A DNA stretch of 64,000 bases from positions 1,638 through 65,637 of the forward strand of contig CAISWF010000170.1 in assembly GCA_903889135.1 (NCBI GenBank), given 5' to 3'. The notes beneath the pieces are model-generated. The model was not told the DNA's origin. It was given only the letters and a program-made list of their open reading frames with translations, and searched no databases. Made by a program: the position numbers and the translations under genes. Below, in pieces: positions 16,952-25,773 of this stretch; position 1 is the first letter of the stretch, and every line of letters begins with the position of its first letter. Source of the stretch: Candidatus Omnitrophota bacterium (GTDB lineage Bacteria > Omnitrophota > Gorgyraeia > Pluralincolimonadales > Pluralincolimonadaceae).

Positions 16952-19372
16952 ATGAGATCACCCTTAGCCTGGGTCGCATTTTTCTTATCTCTGGGGATCT
17001 GGATAAGTAATATTATCCGGGTCCCCTTTTTATTCCTGATCGCCGCCTCGGTAATTTCCCTGATAGCCGCTTCAGCGATGATAAAGAAGAAGGCCGCTTC
17101 GCTCGTCTGGCTGTCGGTTGCCTTCCTGTTCATCGGCTGCATCCTTTTCCAGGCAAGGCAGATGCTCCCCGCCGGCCACATCAAGAATTTCACGGGACAT
17201 GACCCAAAAGAAGTTTATGTTGAAGGAATAGTCGTAGACGAACCTGTTTCCGGCGAGACCTTCTACGGCGGCAGGAAGATCGTACTTACGCTGGAAGCGG
17301 AGCGTTTGCAGGCACAGGGGATAAAACATGAAACCGGCGGCAAGGTAAAGGTCTCTTTGACCGGGGACCCCGGCGGGACTGGCGAGGGCTCACCGTCATA
17401 CGGGGACAGGATCCTGGTCAAGGGCAAGCTCTCGACGCCTGCCGGGCCCGGGAATCCCGGCGATTTCGATTACGCCGCTTACCTCGCGCGAAACCGCGTA
17501 TTCTCTGCGTTGAGCGCGAGGGCGCAGGATATTTCCATCCTCGAAAAAGGGAAAGGCAATCCGGTCGTAAGCCTCGCGTATAAGGTGAGGGGAAAGATAG
17601 AAAACCTAATTTCGGGGAACCTTCCCGGCGAGAGCGCGAATTTCCTGAACGCGATACTATTAGGCCTGAGGCAGGGGATGAGCGGCGACCTTAACGACGC
17701 GTTCATGCGGACGGGCACTATCCATCTTATCGCTATAAGCGGCCTCAATGTGGGGCTCATTGTTTTTCTCGTTCTCCTTATTTTGAGCATCATAAGGGTC
17801 CCTAAAAGGACAGGGATGGTCCTCACGATAGCCTTCCTTGTTTTTTATGCCGTTCTCACTAACGGCACACCTTCGGTGGTGAGGGCTACGGTAATGTCCA
17901 TAGCCCTTTTGCTCGGCCTGCTCCTGGACAGGGAGACGTCCCTGTGGAATTCCCTGGGGCTGGCCGCGCTCGTCATACTTTCCTATGATCCCGGCGCGCT
18001 CTTCGATATAGGGTTCCAGCTTTCGTTCGCGTCGGTCATCTCGCTTCTTTATCTTACGCCGAAGATCGAGAGATCTTTCAATTTCGACCGGAAGATGGCC
18101 GCGAGATTCCTGGAAAAATGGAAAAAATACGCGCTCGAGGGTTTTTTCGTATCCCTATCCGCCTGGATAGGCGTCTCGCCGCTCATCTTATATTATTTCA
18201 ATATCGTTACGCCCGTATCGATCGCTGCCAACCTGGTCGCGGTGCCGCTCTCATTCTTGATAACCATGGCCGGCGCTCCTTTCCTCATATTCGGCCTTAT
18301 TTTTCCGCCCGCGGGAAAAATATTTGCCGCGTCAGTATGGCTTCTCTGCGGAACTCTTTTTTCCGCTAACAGTTTTTTCTCGAAGATACCGTTAGCGTAT
18401 ATCTATCTCCCCAAGCCCCCGCTGTTTTTGATGGCCTTATATTATATTTTTGTCGTCGCGTTCGCCGAACGGGAGCGGTTCAAGTTGTCCGGCGCAAAAC
18501 TCTCCACCGCGGCGCTGGTTGTCTTTAACCTGATTATATGGGCAGGCGTCTTACAACCGTACGACGGGAAACTGAAGGCCACATTCCTGGATGTGGGCCA
18601 CGGGGATTCGGTCTTCGTGGAGTTCCCTTACGGCGGCAATATGCTGATAGACGGTGGCACAGGGAGCGGGGAGGACCGGGATTCCGGCAGGAATACGGTG
18701 TTGCCTTTTCTCAGGCAGAAGGGGATACAGGTGCTGGATGCAGTAGTCCTGACGCACCCTGACATCGACCACGTCGGCGGTCTCGCCTCGGTCCTGGAAG
18801 GGTTGAAGGTAAGATACGTATTCGACAACGGGGCGGGATCCGATACTTATGCTTTCAGGCGCTTTAGACGGGTGCAGGAAAACGTGCCGGGATTAAAACG
18901 TTTTATTTTGAAGCGGCATGATTCAATAGAGGGGATAAAGGACACCGGCATCCTGTGTTTCAGCCCGCCGGACGGCTGGATAAAGGACCCCAACATCCCG
19001 GCGAACGACGCCTCCCTTGCCTTGAGGGTAGGATTCGGGGATACGGTGATGCTCTTTTGCGGGGATATGGGGGAAAAGGCCGTATCCGAAGCCATGCTGG
19101 ACTCGCCGAAGCTCCTGAAGGCGGACTTGTTGATGCTGCCCCACCACGGCGAAAAGATGAACCCCGAAAGGGAGGCTTTCATCGACTGGGTCAAGCCGTC
19201 TTATGCCGTGATCTCCCAGGGAAGCGCCGCCGGGGAAACGGCCCGCTCGGAAGAGGTCTCCGGCCTCCTTTTCGCGAAAGGGATAAAGGTCTTCAGGACC
19301 AACAAGGGAGGGGCGGTTTTTGCCGTCACCGACGGCAAGGAACTTTCTTTAGATAATTTCGAAAGCAAATAA
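16952..19372 (+). CDS. comEC: DNA internalization competence protein ComEC/Rec2 with a C-terminal metallo-beta-lactamase domain
   Basis: An N-terminal DUF4131-like TM region, a polytopic competence domain and the MBL motifs VLTHPDIDHVGG and HHG are present. The length is 806 aa. Confidence 0.85.
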   Translation: MRSPLAWVAFFLSLGIWISNIIRVPFLFLIAASVISLIAASAMIKKKAASLVWLSVAFLFIGCILFQARQMLPAGHIKNFTGHDPKEVYVEGIVVDEPVSGETFYGGRKIVLTLEAERLQAQGIKHETGGKVKVSLTGDPGGTGEGSPSYGDRILVKGKLSTPAGPGNPGDFDYAAYLARNRVFSALSARAQDISILEKGKGNPVVSLAYKVRGKIENLISGNLPGESANFLNAILLGLRQGMSGDLNDAFMRTGTIHLIAISGLNVGLIVFLVLLILSIIRVPKRTGMVLTIAFLVFYAVLTNGTPSVVRATVMSIALLLGLLLDRETSLWNSLGLAALVILSYDPGALFDIGFQLSFASVISLLYLTPKIERSFNFDRKMAARFLEKWKKYALEGFFVSLSAWIGVSPLILYYFNIVTPVSIAANLVAVPLSFLITMAGAPFLIFGLIFPPAGKIFAASVWLLCGTLFSANSFFSKIPLAYIYLPKPPLFLMALYYIFVVAFAERERFKLSGAKLSTAALVVFNLIIWAGVLQPYDGKLKATFLDVGHGDSVFVEFPYGGNMLIDGGTGSGEDRDSGRNTVLPFLRQKGIQVLDAVVLTHPDIDHVGGLASVLEGLKVRYVFDNGAGSDTYAFRRFRRVQENVPGLKRFILKRHDSIEGIKDTGILCFSPPDGWIKDPNIPANDASLALRVGFGDTVMLFCGDMGEKAVSEAMLDSPKLLKADLLMLPHHGEKMNPEREAFIDWVKPSYAVISQGSAAGETARSEEVSGLLFAKGIKVFRTNKGGAVFAVTDGKELSLDNFESK

Positions 19373-19383
19373 GCAATTTCACG

Positions 19384-19412
19384 TTGACAAATCCCGCTTT
19401 GAAGTATAAAAT
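19384..19412 (+). promoter_or_regulatory. Near-consensus sigma70 promoter (TTGACA, 17-nt spacer, TAAAAT) for the PilZ gene
   Basis: Hexamers lie at 19384-19389 and 19407-19412. An AAGGGGG RBS at 19423-19429 precedes the ATG at 19435. Confidence 0.5.
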
Positions 19413-19434
19413 TGATTCTACGAAGGGGGAATAT

Positions 19435-19797
19435 ATGTATTGGAACGACGATTTCCCTGAGAGAAGGCAGCAGCAGAGGGTCAATATGACCATGTCCGTG
19501 CAGTATCGGGGGATAAGGCAGGCGAGCAACTCTGTTGTAAGCGCTATATCGAGGGATATTTCCAGCGGCGGCGCCCGCCTTTTGGTGAATGAATTCATCT
19601 CGGTCTTTACGCGCCTTATCCTGGAGATAACTGTGCCTTCCGCGCCAAAGCCGGTCAGGGCGGTCTCGAAGATCACCTGGGTACGTAAAAGGCCGTATGG
19701 CGAACAATATGAAGTCGGAGCCCAGTTCATGGAGATGTCGGAAGAAGACAAAAGGGGCGTAGTCGACTTCATAGAGAAGTCGGTCCCCAGAACATAG
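19435..19797 (+). CDS. Single-domain PilZ (c-di-GMP-binding) protein
   Basis: The RxxxR motif (ERRQQQR) and D/NxSxGG motif (DISSGGARL) are present. The ORF-track start at 19384 (TTG) coincides with the -35 hexamer. I prefer ATG 19435, which has a good RBS. Confidence 0.65.
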   Translation: MYWNDDFPERRQQQRVNMTMSVQYRGIRQASNSVVSAISRDISSGGARLLVNEFISVFTRLILEITVPSAPKPVRAVSKITWVRKRPYGEQYEVGAQFMEMSEEDKRGVVDFIEKSVPRT

Positions 19798-19836
19798 GCC
19801 CATCTTGATACCGAAAATTAAAACACGAGATAATTA

Positions 19837-20793
19837 ATGAAAAAGTATATTTTTGCGGCCGTGACGGTTTTTTTGCTCCTTTCGGCCTCACCATCGTCGT
19901 ACGCCTACTGGATCTGGACGCCGCAGACCGGGACCTGGATAAATCCCAAATGGGCGGTAAAGGACACTCCCCAGGAGCAGTTCGACTGGGCGATGAAGTT
20001 CTTTAAAGCGAAAGATTATAAAAAGGCCGCTGAGGAGTTCTTAAGGCTCGTCCGCTTCTTTCCGCAGGCCGAACTCGCCGCCGAATCTCAGTATTACGCC
20101 GGGAAATCTTACGAGGCGCTCGAGGAGTATGAGCAGGCGTTCTACGCTTATCAGAAAGGGATAGAGACGTATCCGTTCTCAAAACGCCTTGATGAGATGA
20201 CGGAGCGCGAATACCAGATAGCAGGAAAATTCTATGCCGGGGAAAAGGTCAAACTCTGGGGCATACCGACGTTCCCGTCGGTATTTAAGGCCATAGAGAT
20301 GTACCAGAAGGTAGTTGATAACGCGCCGTACGGGAAGTACGCCGAACAGTCGCTCTTCAAGATAGGGGAATGCTACAAGAAGGCGGGTGATTTCCAGCAG
20401 GCGAGGCTCGCGTTCCAGAAGCTGGTCGACGAGCACCCGGAGAGCAAGCTCGCCGAGGAGGCTAATTTCCAGGTCGGGCTCTGCGCTTCCAAGGCGTCCC
20501 TGAAACCCAGTTACGACCAGTCGGTCACCGATGACGCGCTCAAGGAGATAGAGGATTTCGCGAAACGCCATCCGGAATCGAAGCTTACCGGCGAGGCGGA
20601 CAAGATGCACCAGTCCCTGCGCGAGAAAAAGGCCGAGAGCGATTACACTATCGCGGAATTTTACTGGAAACAGGGATGGTTGGAATCTGCCGAAGTATAT
20701 TACAAGAACATAATAGCTAATTTCCCGGACACGGCCACAGCCAAGAAGGCCGAGGAAAGGTTAAAGATAATAGAGAAGAGGGCGAGAAGATGA
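19837..20793 (+). CDS. bamD: Outer membrane protein assembly factor BamD-like TPR lipoprotein
   Basis: A signal peptide is followed by repeated TPR-like helices. QSLFKIGECYKKAGDFQQARLAFQKLVDEHPES is typical of the BamD/YfiO family. Confidence 0.65.
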   Translation: MKKYIFAAVTVFLLLSASPSSYAYWIWTPQTGTWINPKWAVKDTPQEQFDWAMKFFKAKDYKKAAEEFLRLVRFFPQAELAAESQYYAGKSYEALEEYEQAFYAYQKGIETYPFSKRLDEMTEREYQIAGKFYAGEKVKLWGIPTFPSVFKAIEMYQKVVDNAPYGKYAEQSLFKIGECYKKAGDFQQARLAFQKLVDEHPESKLAEEANFQVGLCASKASLKPSYDQSVTDDALKEIEDFAKRHPESKLTGEADKMHQSLREKKAESDYTIAEFYWKQGWLESAEVYYKNIIANFPDTATAKKAEERLKIIEKRARR

Positions 20794-21344
20794 AAAAGCT
20801 GCTTGTATTTTTGTTGATGTTGTCCTGCGCCGTCTCGCTCGCGGGGTGCGGTTACGCCACTCATTCGACCACTTACAGAAAATCCACAAAGATATACATA
20901 AAGCCCTTTGAGAATAAGGTAGACCTGAATATCAACACGGAGTATTCAGACCGCAACCCTTACAGGTTATATCGCGCCGGGATGGAAACGAAGATAACGG
21001 ACGCGGTAATAAACAGGTTCCTCGTCGACGGTTATCTGAAGGTCGTCTCGCAGCAGGACGACGCGGACCTGATCTTAAGCGGGGCGCTCATCAATTTCGA
21101 CAAACAGCCGTTAAGATACGACCAGCGCAGCGAGAATGTCGACGAATACAGGGCCAATATCGTGGTAGACATGTCTCTTGAGAACGTGTCCCAGAAAAAG
21201 GCAGTCTGGAGCGAAAAAGGATTTGTGGGTTTCTTTGAATATAACCAGTCCGGGACGGGCGCCGTAGCCGAGGATACCGCTATAACTAACGCGATCGCGG
21301 ACCTGGCGAAAAGGGTAGTCGAAAGGACTGTCGAGGATTGGTAG
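20790..21344 (+). CDS. lptE: LptE-like lipoprotein (LPS assembly)
   Basis: The lipobox is LAGC and the length is about 180 aa. It holds the conserved leuS...lptE-holA position relative to holA, and its start overlaps the bamD stop. Confidence 0.5.
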   Translation: MKKLLVFLLMLSCAVSLAGCGYATHSTTYRKSTKIYIKPFENKVDLNINTEYSDRNPYRLYRAGMETKITDAVINRFLVDGYLKVVSQQDDADLILSGALINFDKQPLRYDQRSENVDEYRANIVVDMSLENVSQKKAVWSEKGFVGFFEYNQSGTGAVAEDTAITNAIADLAKRVVERTVEDW

Positions 21345-22225
21345 GTATCTTCCTCTTTTTAGGAACAGAGAACGCCCTTAAAGAAGAAACCCTCCGTGAA
21401 CTGAAAGATAAGACCCTCTCCGGAGGGAATCCCGACCTCAATTACAACATATTCTATCCCGACCAGTTCGACCCCCACGCTTTCCAGGATGCCGTAAATA
21501 CCAATCCGTTCCTCAGCCCCGCCCGTTTCGTCGTGATAAGAGATATAGATAAACTGCCGCAGGAAGCCAGGGATTCGGTCATGAATTACGCAAAGAGCCC
21601 TTCGGGGACCACTACCCTGGTCATGACCGCCGGCCTGTCGCCCAGGGAGGCGGCCGGAGACCCGTTCATTTCAGGGTTGTCGGGATTGGCCGAGGTCAGG
21701 GATTTCGAGAACTTAAGCGGGGAAAGCCTAAGGCGTTATATCCTCGGGAAGGCCACCCTTTACAAAAAAGAGATGGGCCGCGAGGCGGTCGAGTTGCTTA
21801 TATCGAAGATCGGGAGCGACCTTCAGAAATTACGCATGGCGGTGGAGAAACTCGCGAATTATACCGGGGACCGCGCGGCGATAGGGAAGGCGGACGTCGA
21901 GGCGCTCGTCGGAAGGTCTCTTGACGAGACGGTATTTGACATGACAGGGGCGATGATAGACGGGCAAGTCTCGCGCTCTCTTTTGATATTATCAGGACTA
22001 TTGAGGGAATCGGTGCGCCCGGAGAATGTAATAGGGGCGATGGCCGCCGCGGTAAAACGCGCCGCAAGGTCGAAGGGCTCGCCGGACAGGGCCAAAAAAT
22101 GGCTTAAAAAGGCGCTTTCTTACCTGGCCGAGGCGGACCGCGACTGCAAAAACAGGGACCTCGATAAAAGGGTTATCCTGGAATCTCTCGTGGTGAGGTT
22201 ATCCGAGCTTGGCGAGCTTGCTTAA
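21338..22225 (+). CDS. holA: DNA polymerase III delta subunit
   Basis: An N-terminal IFLFLGTE...L region and a C-terminal delta fold are present. lptE-holA adjacency is as in many diderms. Confidence 0.7.
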   Translation: MVGIFLFLGTENALKEETLRELKDKTLSGGNPDLNYNIFYPDQFDPHAFQDAVNTNPFLSPARFVVIRDIDKLPQEARDSVMNYAKSPSGTTTLVMTAGLSPREAAGDPFISGLSGLAEVRDFENLSGESLRRYILGKATLYKKEMGREAVELLISKIGSDLQKLRMAVEKLANYTGDRAAIGKADVEALVGRSLDETVFDMTGAMIDGQVSRSLLILSGLLRESVRPENVIGAMAAAVKRAARSKGSPDRAKKWLKKALSYLAEADRDCKNRDLDKRVILESLVVRLSELGELA

Positions 22226-22472
22226 GATGCGGGCTCTCTTGCGCGATACCGTATTCCTGTGTATCATGCCCTTGGAACGCGCCCTGTCAAGTTTGGAGAC
22301 GAGGGCGATGCCGAGTTTTTTGGCTTCATCGGCCTTTTTCGCGGCCAAAGCCATCGTGAACTTCTTGGTCAAGGACTTGAGTTCGGTCTCGACCTTCTGG
22401 TTCCTCGCGCGCTTTTTCTTGTCCTGGCGTATAGCTTTGAATGCGGATTTCAGATTAGGCAATTCTGTTTCT
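22199..22472 (-). CDS. rpsT: 30S ribosomal protein S20
   Basis: The N-terminus (M)PNLKSAFKAIRQDKKKRARNQ matches the S20 N-terminus. I propose a TTG start with an AAAGGAGA RBS 7 nt upstream. The ORF-track ATG at 22504 would add 10 residues without an RBS. Confidence 0.85.
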
Positions 22473-22516
22473 CCTTTCGAATTACGATTGTGTAAAAATA
22501 CCATATAAGGCGGGAA

Positions 22517-24067
22517 ATGTCAACACATAAATCTCTGGCGAAATCGGCGGGAGTGATAGGCCTCGGCATATCCGCGAGCCGCATCCTGGGTTTCATAAGG
22601 GATATAATAATTGCCGGCATGTTCGGGACCACGTCCATAGCTATCCAGGCGTTTACCGTAGCCTTCAGGATACCTAACCTGCTGCGCGACCTGGTAGGTG
22701 AAGGCGCGGCAAACGCGGCATTTGTGCCGGTCCTGACCGGTTATATCGCAACGAAGTCGAAAGAAGAGTTCTGGAAACTGGCGCGGGTGCTCCTCAATAC
22801 CATGACGGTCGTCCTGGCGGCCTTGACCTTGATCGGGGTAATGTTCGCTCCGGCCATAGTGGCGATAATATCGCCTGGTTTCATCAAAAATGCCGAGTTG
22901 TTCCAGATGACCGTTACCCTGACGCGGATGATGTTCCCGTACATATTCCTGATCGGCCTTACTGCCTATGCCACCGGCGTGCTGAATTCGATGAAGCTTT
23001 TCGGGGCGGCCTCTTTCAGCCAGCCTCTTTGGAATCTTGTATTTATCCTGGCGGCCGTATTCCTATGCCCGGTAATGAAAGTTCCCGTTATGGGGCTTGT
23101 CGTCGGCGTCCTGGCCGGCGGCCTGTTGCAATTATTGGTCCAGGTGCCGCAGCTGATGGGACGGGGGCTGGGGTTGCCGCGTTTCAACAGGTTCAGGCAT
23201 CCGGCCTCGGCCGAGATAGGGAAATTGCTGTTGCCGAGAGCGGTAGCTTCGAGCGTCTACCAGCTGAACGTGATGTTCGATACGGCGGTGGCGTCGCTGT
23301 CAGGGATCGTAGGTGACGGCGCGATCATGGCCATATATTATTCGAACAGGCTGTGGCAGCTGCCTCTGGCGATATTCAGCACCGCGATCTCACAGGCCAT
23401 GCTCCCGACTTTATCCGAACATGCCGCGCAGAAGGATACGGAGAAGTTCAAGGATACGCTTTCATTCTCGCTTCGCTCCGTATTTTTCATAACGATACCC
23501 GCGGCCGTCGGGCTTATAGTCCTCTCGGAGCCGATAGTGCGCACGTTGTTCCAAAGAGGCGCTTTCGACGCATATTCCACAAAAATAACATCATCTGCGC
23601 TATTGTATTTTTCGATAGGGCTTTGTTCATATGCCGGAGTCAAAGTCCTTACCTCGGCATTCTATTCGCTCAAGGACACGAGGACGCCGCTCAAGAACTC
23701 TTTTATGGCATTTTTACTGAATGCGGCGCTGAACCTTATCTTAATGTTCCCGATGAAGGTCGGAGGGCTCGCCCTTGCCACATCCATCGCGAGCATGTTC
23801 AACTTCTGTTCGCTTTTTTATCTTTTAAGGAAAAAGATAGGCCCGCTTGGGGGCCGCGCGATACTCGCTTCATTCGCGCGCGCCATGATACCCGGGATCA
23901 TAATGGCGATAGTCCTCGTCTGGTTTAATGCCGTCTTGCACTTCAGGCCGGTCCTTCACATGATAGTCGTCATCCTCGCCGGCATGGCCTCGTTCTTTAC
24001 CGCCTGCCTGATATTCGACGTAAAAGAATTCAAGGGATTCATGAAATGGATATTAAGGAGAAGCTGA
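22517..24067 (+). CDS. murJ: Lipid II flippase MurJ (MviN)
   Basis: The N-terminus LAKSAGVIGLGISASRILGFIRDIIIAGMFG is canonical for MurJ. The protein has 14 TM helices over 516 aa. Confidence 0.9.
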   Translation: MSTHKSLAKSAGVIGLGISASRILGFIRDIIIAGMFGTTSIAIQAFTVAFRIPNLLRDLVGEGAANAAFVPVLTGYIATKSKEEFWKLARVLLNTMTVVLAALTLIGVMFAPAIVAIISPGFIKNAELFQMTVTLTRMMFPYIFLIGLTAYATGVLNSMKLFGAASFSQPLWNLVFILAAVFLCPVMKVPVMGLVVGVLAGGLLQLLVQVPQLMGRGLGLPRFNRFRHPASAEIGKLLLPRAVASSVYQLNVMFDTAVASLSGIVGDGAIMAIYYSNRLWQLPLAIFSTAISQAMLPTLSEHAAQKDTEKFKDTLSFSLRSVFFITIPAAVGLIVLSEPIVRTLFQRGAFDAYSTKITSSALLYFSIGLCSYAGVKVLTSAFYSLKDTRTPLKNSFMAFLLNAALNLILMFPMKVGGLALATSIASMFNFCSLFYLLRKKIGPLGGRAILASFARAMIPGIIMAIVLVWFNAVLHFRPVLHMIVVILAGMASFFTACLIFDVKEFKGFMKWILRRS

Positions 24068-25356
24068 GGGCCCCGGTCCTGATGAAATTCAAAGAATTTC
24101 TCAGGGACGTACCGGACCAGCCCGGCGTATATATCTTTAAGGATGAAAGCGGGAAGGTGCTGTATGTAGGCAAGGCGTCGTCCTTGCGCAACAGGGTCCG
24201 CTCGTATTTCCAGAGGTCGAAAGACCACGGCCCGAGGATAGGCGCCCTCGTAAACAATATCCGCGATATGGATTGGATCCCGACGGCGACAGAGGCAGAT
24301 GCGCTCCTCTATGAATCGAACCTCATAAAAGAATACCAGCCGAAATACAACGTCGACCTCCGCGACAGCAAGACATACCCGCTTATCAAGATATCGATGT
24401 CCGAGGAATTTCCCCGCGTAATGATCGCGCGCGGGAAAAAGAGCGATGGTTCGCTCTACTTCGGGCCGTACACGGACGCGGGACTTTTGCGCGAAGCCGT
24501 AAAGGCGATCCGAAAGATATTCATGTTCCGGACATGCGCCTCCCTGCCGAAGAAGGCGTGCGTATATGACGACCTCGGGCTTTGCTCGGCGCCGTGCGAA
24601 GGAAAGATCTCGAGAGAAGAATACGCCGAAAGGATCAGGGAGGTCATCCTCTTTATTGAGGGGAAGAAGGGTGAGCTGATAAAGAAGCTGACGGAGAAGA
24701 TGAAGAGGTGCGCCGGCGAAGAAAAATTCGAGGAAGCAGCCGAAGCGCGCAACCAGATAGAGGCGCTTAGCACGGCAGTGCATAAAAGGTCGGGCATAGG
24801 GCCAGCCGGGCCCGGCGAATTGGCCGAAGTCCTGGGCCTTAAAAAAGTTCCTGCGCGCATCGAGGCATTCGACATATCGAATATCAAAGGGGAAGAAGCC
24901 TGCGGCTCGATGGTCACATTCAAAGACGGCAGGCCGGAGAAATCGAAATACAGGATGTTCAAGATACGAGAGGTCGAGGGCCAGGACGATTACGCGATGA
25001 TGCGCGAAGTGGTAAGGCGCAGGTATACGGGCTCCCTGAAAGACAAGTTGTCCAAGCCTGACCTGGTGATCATCGACGGGGGGAGGGGCCACCTCTCTGC
25101 CGCGGCGCAAGAGATACGGGCGGCCGGCTTGAAGGACGTCCCGGTCATCGGCATTGCAAAAGTCTTTGAGCACATATATACTTTAGGCAGGGATCTGCCG
25201 ATCGCGCTGCCGCCGTCATCAAAGGCGCTGCAATTGATACAGCGGATACGCGACGAATCGCACAGGTTCGCTATAAGGTACCATCACATATTAAGGAGAA
25301 AGGCGCTGATCGGTGAAAAAAGAACGAAAAAGGTCCGAAAGTGCAAATCCCGTTAG
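24046..25356 (+). CDS. uvrC: Excinuclease ABC subunit C (UvrC) lacking the C-terminal (HhH)2 domain
   Basis: A GIY-YIG domain (PGVYIFKDESGKVLYVGKASSLRNRVRSYF), a Cys-rich region, a UVR domain (KFEEAAEARNQIEAL) and an RNaseH-like endonuclease domain (IEAFDISNIKGEEACGSMV...DESHRFAIRYH) are present. The protein ends in the Lys/Arg-rich tail KRTKKVRKCKSR with no HhH motifs. Confidence 0.8.
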   Translation: MDIKEKLRAPVLMKFKEFLRDVPDQPGVYIFKDESGKVLYVGKASSLRNRVRSYFQRSKDHGPRIGALVNNIRDMDWIPTATEADALLYESNLIKEYQPKYNVDLRDSKTYPLIKISMSEEFPRVMIARGKKSDGSLYFGPYTDAGLLREAVKAIRKIFMFRTCASLPKKACVYDDLGLCSAPCEGKISREEYAERIREVILFIEGKKGELIKKLTEKMKRCAGEEKFEEAAEARNQIEALSTAVHKRSGIGPAGPGELAEVLGLKKVPARIEAFDISNIKGEEACGSMVTFKDGRPEKSKYRMFKIREVEGQDDYAMMREVVRRRYTGSLKDKLSKPDLVIIDGGRGHLSAAAQEIRAAGLKDVPVIGIAKVFEHIYTLGRDLPIALPPSSKALQLIQRIRDESHRFAIRYHHILRRKALIGEKRTKKVRKCKSR

Positions 25357-25660
25357 AAAAAGATTTTCTAACGGGGCGCAAAGGAATAAGCTGTTTGACG
25401 GGTGCACCGTATTCGAGATAAGCGTTTACGAGTGTATCATGAAGATACCCTCGGGCGAGACGCGCTCGTACGCGTGGGTCGCCGGAAAGATCGGCAAGCC
25501 CAAAGCCACCCGCGCCGTCGCGCAGGCCCTACACCGTAACCCCTGGCCGCTCATCATTCCCTGCCACCGCGTCGTCGCATCAGACGGCAATGTCGGCGGC
25601 TATGCCTACGGGATCTCGCTTAAAAAAATGCTGTTATCATTGGAAAAGAAGATAGATTAA
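25313..25660 (+). CDS. MGMT C-terminal-domain protein (methylated-DNA-protein-cysteine methyltransferase DNA-binding/active-site domain only)
   Basis: The active-site motif PCHRVV is present, and GETRSYAWVAGKIGKPKATRAVAQALHRNP matches the MGMT HTH. The GTG start at 25313 (AGGAGA RBS at 25294-25299) overlaps the last 44 nt of uvrC in another frame. Confidence 0.6.
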   Translation: MKKERKRSESANPVRKRFSNGAQRNKLFDGCTVFEISVYECIMKIPSGETRSYAWVAGKIGKPKATRAVAQALHRNPWPLIIPCHRVVASDGNVGGYAYGISLKKMLLSLEKKID

Positions 25661-25712
25661 TGGCGACAGCCCCCATGCAGGGGATCGTTACCGGAATTGC
25701 CCCCATTTGCCC

Positions 25713-25741
25713 TTGTCTTATCCCCTCTAAACTGGTATAAT
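25713..25741 (+). promoter_or_regulatory. Sigma70 promoter with an extended -10 (TTGTCT, 17-nt spacer, TGgTATAAT) for prfB
   Basis: Hexamers lie at about 25713-25718 and 25736-25741, with a TG at -15/-14. A GGAGG RBS 6 nt upstream precedes the prfB ATG. Confidence 0.5.
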
Positions 25742-25773
25742 TTTAATCCTGTAATTGCCTTACGGAGGATGAT

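Noticed and set aside
19384-19434. The TTG start at 19384 proposed by the ORF track for the PilZ gene
   Set aside because: That TTG is the first three bases of a near-consensus -35 hexamer (TTGACA), and a matching -10 lies at 19407-19412. An ATG with a strong RBS lies at 19435 downstream of the promoter, so the extended N-terminus is most likely untranslated leader.
23956-25173. A 405-aa minus-strand ORF covering most of uvrC
   Set aside because: It is antisense to a well-supported UvrC gene. Its protein is Arg/Pro/Ala-rich low-complexity sequence typical of spurious ORFs in the high-GC reverse frame, and it has no recognisable domain.
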